Assembly: GCA_944322585.1 (NCBI GenBank)
Contig: CALUPB010000002.1
Coordinates: 4,729-68,728, forward strand
Length of the DNA stretch: 64,000 bases
DNA from: an uncultured Bacteroidales bacterium
Lineage (GTDB): Bacteria > Bacteroidota > Bacteroidia > Bacteroidales > UBA932
Reading direction: 5' to 3'
Both the position numbers and the translations under genes were made by a program. The notes under the pieces were generated by a model. It was given only the letters and a program-made list of their open reading frames with translations. It searched no databases and was not told the DNA's origin. Shown here in pieces: positions 62,008 through 64,000 of the stretch (position 1 is its first letter; each line of letters opens with the position of its first letter).

Positions 62008-63771
62008 ATGACTCTCACAGGACTCAGGACAGCTATAGTTTCGGGAGCGGCCATTGTATGTGCCGCTTCGTGTGTGTATGTAGACGACAATCTCGGGCAG
62101 AATTTCATCCCTGCCAACCAGATATACGAAGTGAAGCTCGCCACCATGCCTCTCGATGACGTGAAGATGGGCTATTCGGACAGCCTTTCCGCATACAGTT
62201 CCTCACGGATTACCGTAGGGGCCCTCCGGGACGCGACATTCGGACTGACGACAAGAAGCAGCGCATTCACCGTCGTGCCCGTGATGGACACAATAGATGT
62301 AGGCGACAACCCTAAGGTGATCCAGTTCCATTTCACTGCCGCCAAGGACACGACTTCATATGCCGACGAAAGCCAGAGGAACATAATCCAGAACATCAAT
62401 GTGTTCAAGTTGAAATCCAAGCTGGACTCCACTTTCATGTACAGCATAGACAGCCCTGTATATGACGGGGCCGAACGGATTACGAAGGGCGTGCCGACAT
62501 ACTCCGGAGGGGATTCCCTCTCGTTCGACTTCTCGGATGACTTTGCGGATGAAATCATCGGCATTTTCAAGAAAGACGAGGATATCCAGCTGGATCTCAA
62601 TGCCTACCTGAAAGAAATGCCGGGCATATATATCAGCACCGATGACCCTGTCGGAGAAGGAGGACGCATCAACATGTTCGACTGTCCTATTTCCATCTCC
62701 AATTCATATTACGTGACCGGCAATTACGCCGAACTGAAGATAAGGACTGACTACGGCGCACGGAAGGACGTGGATACCTCTTTCCTGTTCTATTTCGGGC
62801 CGGCCGAAAGGACGACTGAAACTTCGCAGTACGCATTCAACATATGCAGGACTTCGTCAGAAAGCAACAACATAGTACAGAAGGCGGCTCAGTATCCGTA
62901 CAACGCCAAAATCCTGCGATATGTGTCCAATGACAATGAAGCGAGCATCTATGCCGAAGGAGGCAGCGGACTGAAGCCGGTCATCAGCGCAATGGGGATA
63001 AGGGAGCAGTTGGATGAAATGCTTGCCGCCGAAGGGCTTTCTCCTGACGATGTGATAATCAACAAGGCCTCCCTCAATTTCAACATCAACAGGGACAAGG
63101 ACTACGGAAGGAACTATCTGCTTGCAGACATATTAAGTCCTACATGCAAATTTTCCTACAGGACAGACATGAACCATTCTGAATCCGAAGGCAACAACCC
63201 TCTTCCGGAGTCAGGCGGGGATGACATGATCCGATACGTCTCCTATGCAGGCCTGACGGATGCAAGCGTAGAATCCGAGAACCAGGGAGATGTGAACTTC
63301 TCGCTCTCCACATACAATCCGGACATCAGCCACCATGCGCAGGAAATACTCAAGGCCCCCATGGATTCGCTGAAGACAGGCAGATACGACATCTGGCTTC
63401 TGATAATGGAGACCGTGGTTGTCACTACCACGGATGAGAACCAGCAGGAACTGAGCGAATACTATCAGAACCTCGCCTATGCATCCTACTACAACAACCT
63501 CTATGGAGGCTATGGATACGGATACGGGTATGGTTACGGCGGATACGGGTACGGAAGCTATTACAACAACTATTACAATTACATGCTGGCTGCCCAGTAT
63601 GCTTCCGCATCCGCGACGCAACAGGAATCGCAGACCCAGCTCGACAAGGACAAATACTATCACACCGTCCTCTACGGACCTGGAGCCGCAGATGAAAGTC
63701 TGAGACCTACTCTGTCGTTGGTGTATTCATATATACCGCGCGACAGCGACGCTTCCGGCTCCGGAGAATAG
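62008..63771 (+). CDS. DUF4270-like lipoprotein with a Tyr/Gly-rich insert
   Basis: Likely start MTLTGL at 62008, lipobox (AASC); GALRDATFG; IYAEGGSG; conserved position after the GT5-like gene. Confidence 0.72.
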   Translation: MTLTGLRTAIVSGAAIVCAASCVYVDDNLGQNFIPANQIYEVKLATMPLDDVKMGYSDSLSAYSSSRITVGALRDATFGLTTRSSAFTVVPVMDTIDVGDNPKVIQFHFTAAKDTTSYADESQRNIIQNINVFKLKSKLDSTFMYSIDSPVYDGAERITKGVPTYSGGDSLSFDFSDDFADEIIGIFKKDEDIQLDLNAYLKEMPGIYISTDDPVGEGGRINMFDCPISISNSYYVTGNYAELKIRTDYGARKDVDTSFLFYFGPAERTTETSQYAFNICRTSSESNNIVQKAAQYPYNAKILRYVSNDNEASIYAEGGSGLKPVISAMGIREQLDEMLAAEGLSPDDVIINKASLNFNINRDKDYGRNYLLADILSPTCKFSYRTDMNHSESEGNNPLPESGGDDMIRYVSYAGLTDASVESENQGDVNFSLSTYNPDISHHAQEILKAPMDSLKTGRYDIWLLIMETVVVTTTDENQQELSEYYQNLAYASYYNNLYGGYGYGYGYGYGGYGYGSYYNNYYNYMLAAQYASASATQQESQTQLDKDKYYHTVLYGPGAADESLRPTLSLVYSYIPRDSDASGSGE

Positions 63772-63863
63772 CCGGGTATGTCATCCTGCGTCAAATGCAG
63801 GCATCCCATTCCGACACCGGCAAAGAATCCTTCTTTCGTTGGCCGGTCCGGGAACCGGCAACG

Positions 63864-63896
63864 AAAAAGGGCACCGCCTTTACACGGTACCCTTTA
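63864..63896. terminator. Probable terminator between DUF4270 and acpP
   Basis: AAAGGGCACCG...CGGTACCCTTT imperfect stem with A/T runs on both sides. Confidence 0.6.
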
Positions 63897-63919
63897 TATT
63901 TGTCTTGTATGCAACGCAA

Positions 63920-64000
63920 TTACTGGAGCTTTGACTCGATGTATTTGATAGCGTCACCGACAGTAGCAATCTTCTCGCCTGCATCCTCATCAGGGATGGT
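63920..64000 (-). CDS. acpP: Acyl carrier protein, 3' end (partial)
   Basis: The minus strand reads TIPDEDAGEKIATVGDAIKYIESKLQ-stop, the canonical ACP C-terminus. Confidence 0.92.
   Translation of the reverse strand, partial: TIPDEDAGEKIATVGDAIKYIESKLQ

Overview
64 kb of a Bacteroidales chromosome. The TTTG/TAnnTTTG promoters, SusC/SusD pairs and gene content suggest a gut Bacteroidales, possibly the Cryptobacteroides/RC9 group (inference). From left to right: (1) a metalloprotease-SusC-SusD-DUF4843-PKD-like lipoprotein locus (1-8636, minus); (2) an AAA+/DUF4143 ATPase-nuclease gene in a 1510-bp segment flanked by a perfect 19-bp direct repeat, with three 23-bp-period repeats over its promoter; (3) uvrA and a ThrRS-like/uridine kinase fusion; (4) a palindrome-rich gap with an IS3-like end remnant, an alpha/beta hydrolase and a second ATPase-PD-(D/E)xK nuclease gene; (5) a PUL (18.6-32.1 kb, plus) with a DUF6377 regulator, an M60-like protein lacking its zinc histidines and an unassigned six-hairpin glycosidase; (6) a convergent putative beta-1,2-glucan PUL (32.2-46.5 kb, minus) with GH144, GH3, SusCD, a propeller-LuxR regulator and a BACON-SGNH esterase carrying a duplicated unrecognised ~137-aa domain; (7) the ribosomal cluster rplP to rplQ, which starts at rplP with its own promoter rather than following rpsC; (8) envelope and housekeeping genes (DUF4294, lpxH, uppP, DUF3098, ftsX, GT5-like, DUF4270, partial acpP). 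I saw no rRNA, tRNA, CRISPR array, integrase or intact transposase. Family assignments come from motif recognition by eye; no database search was run.
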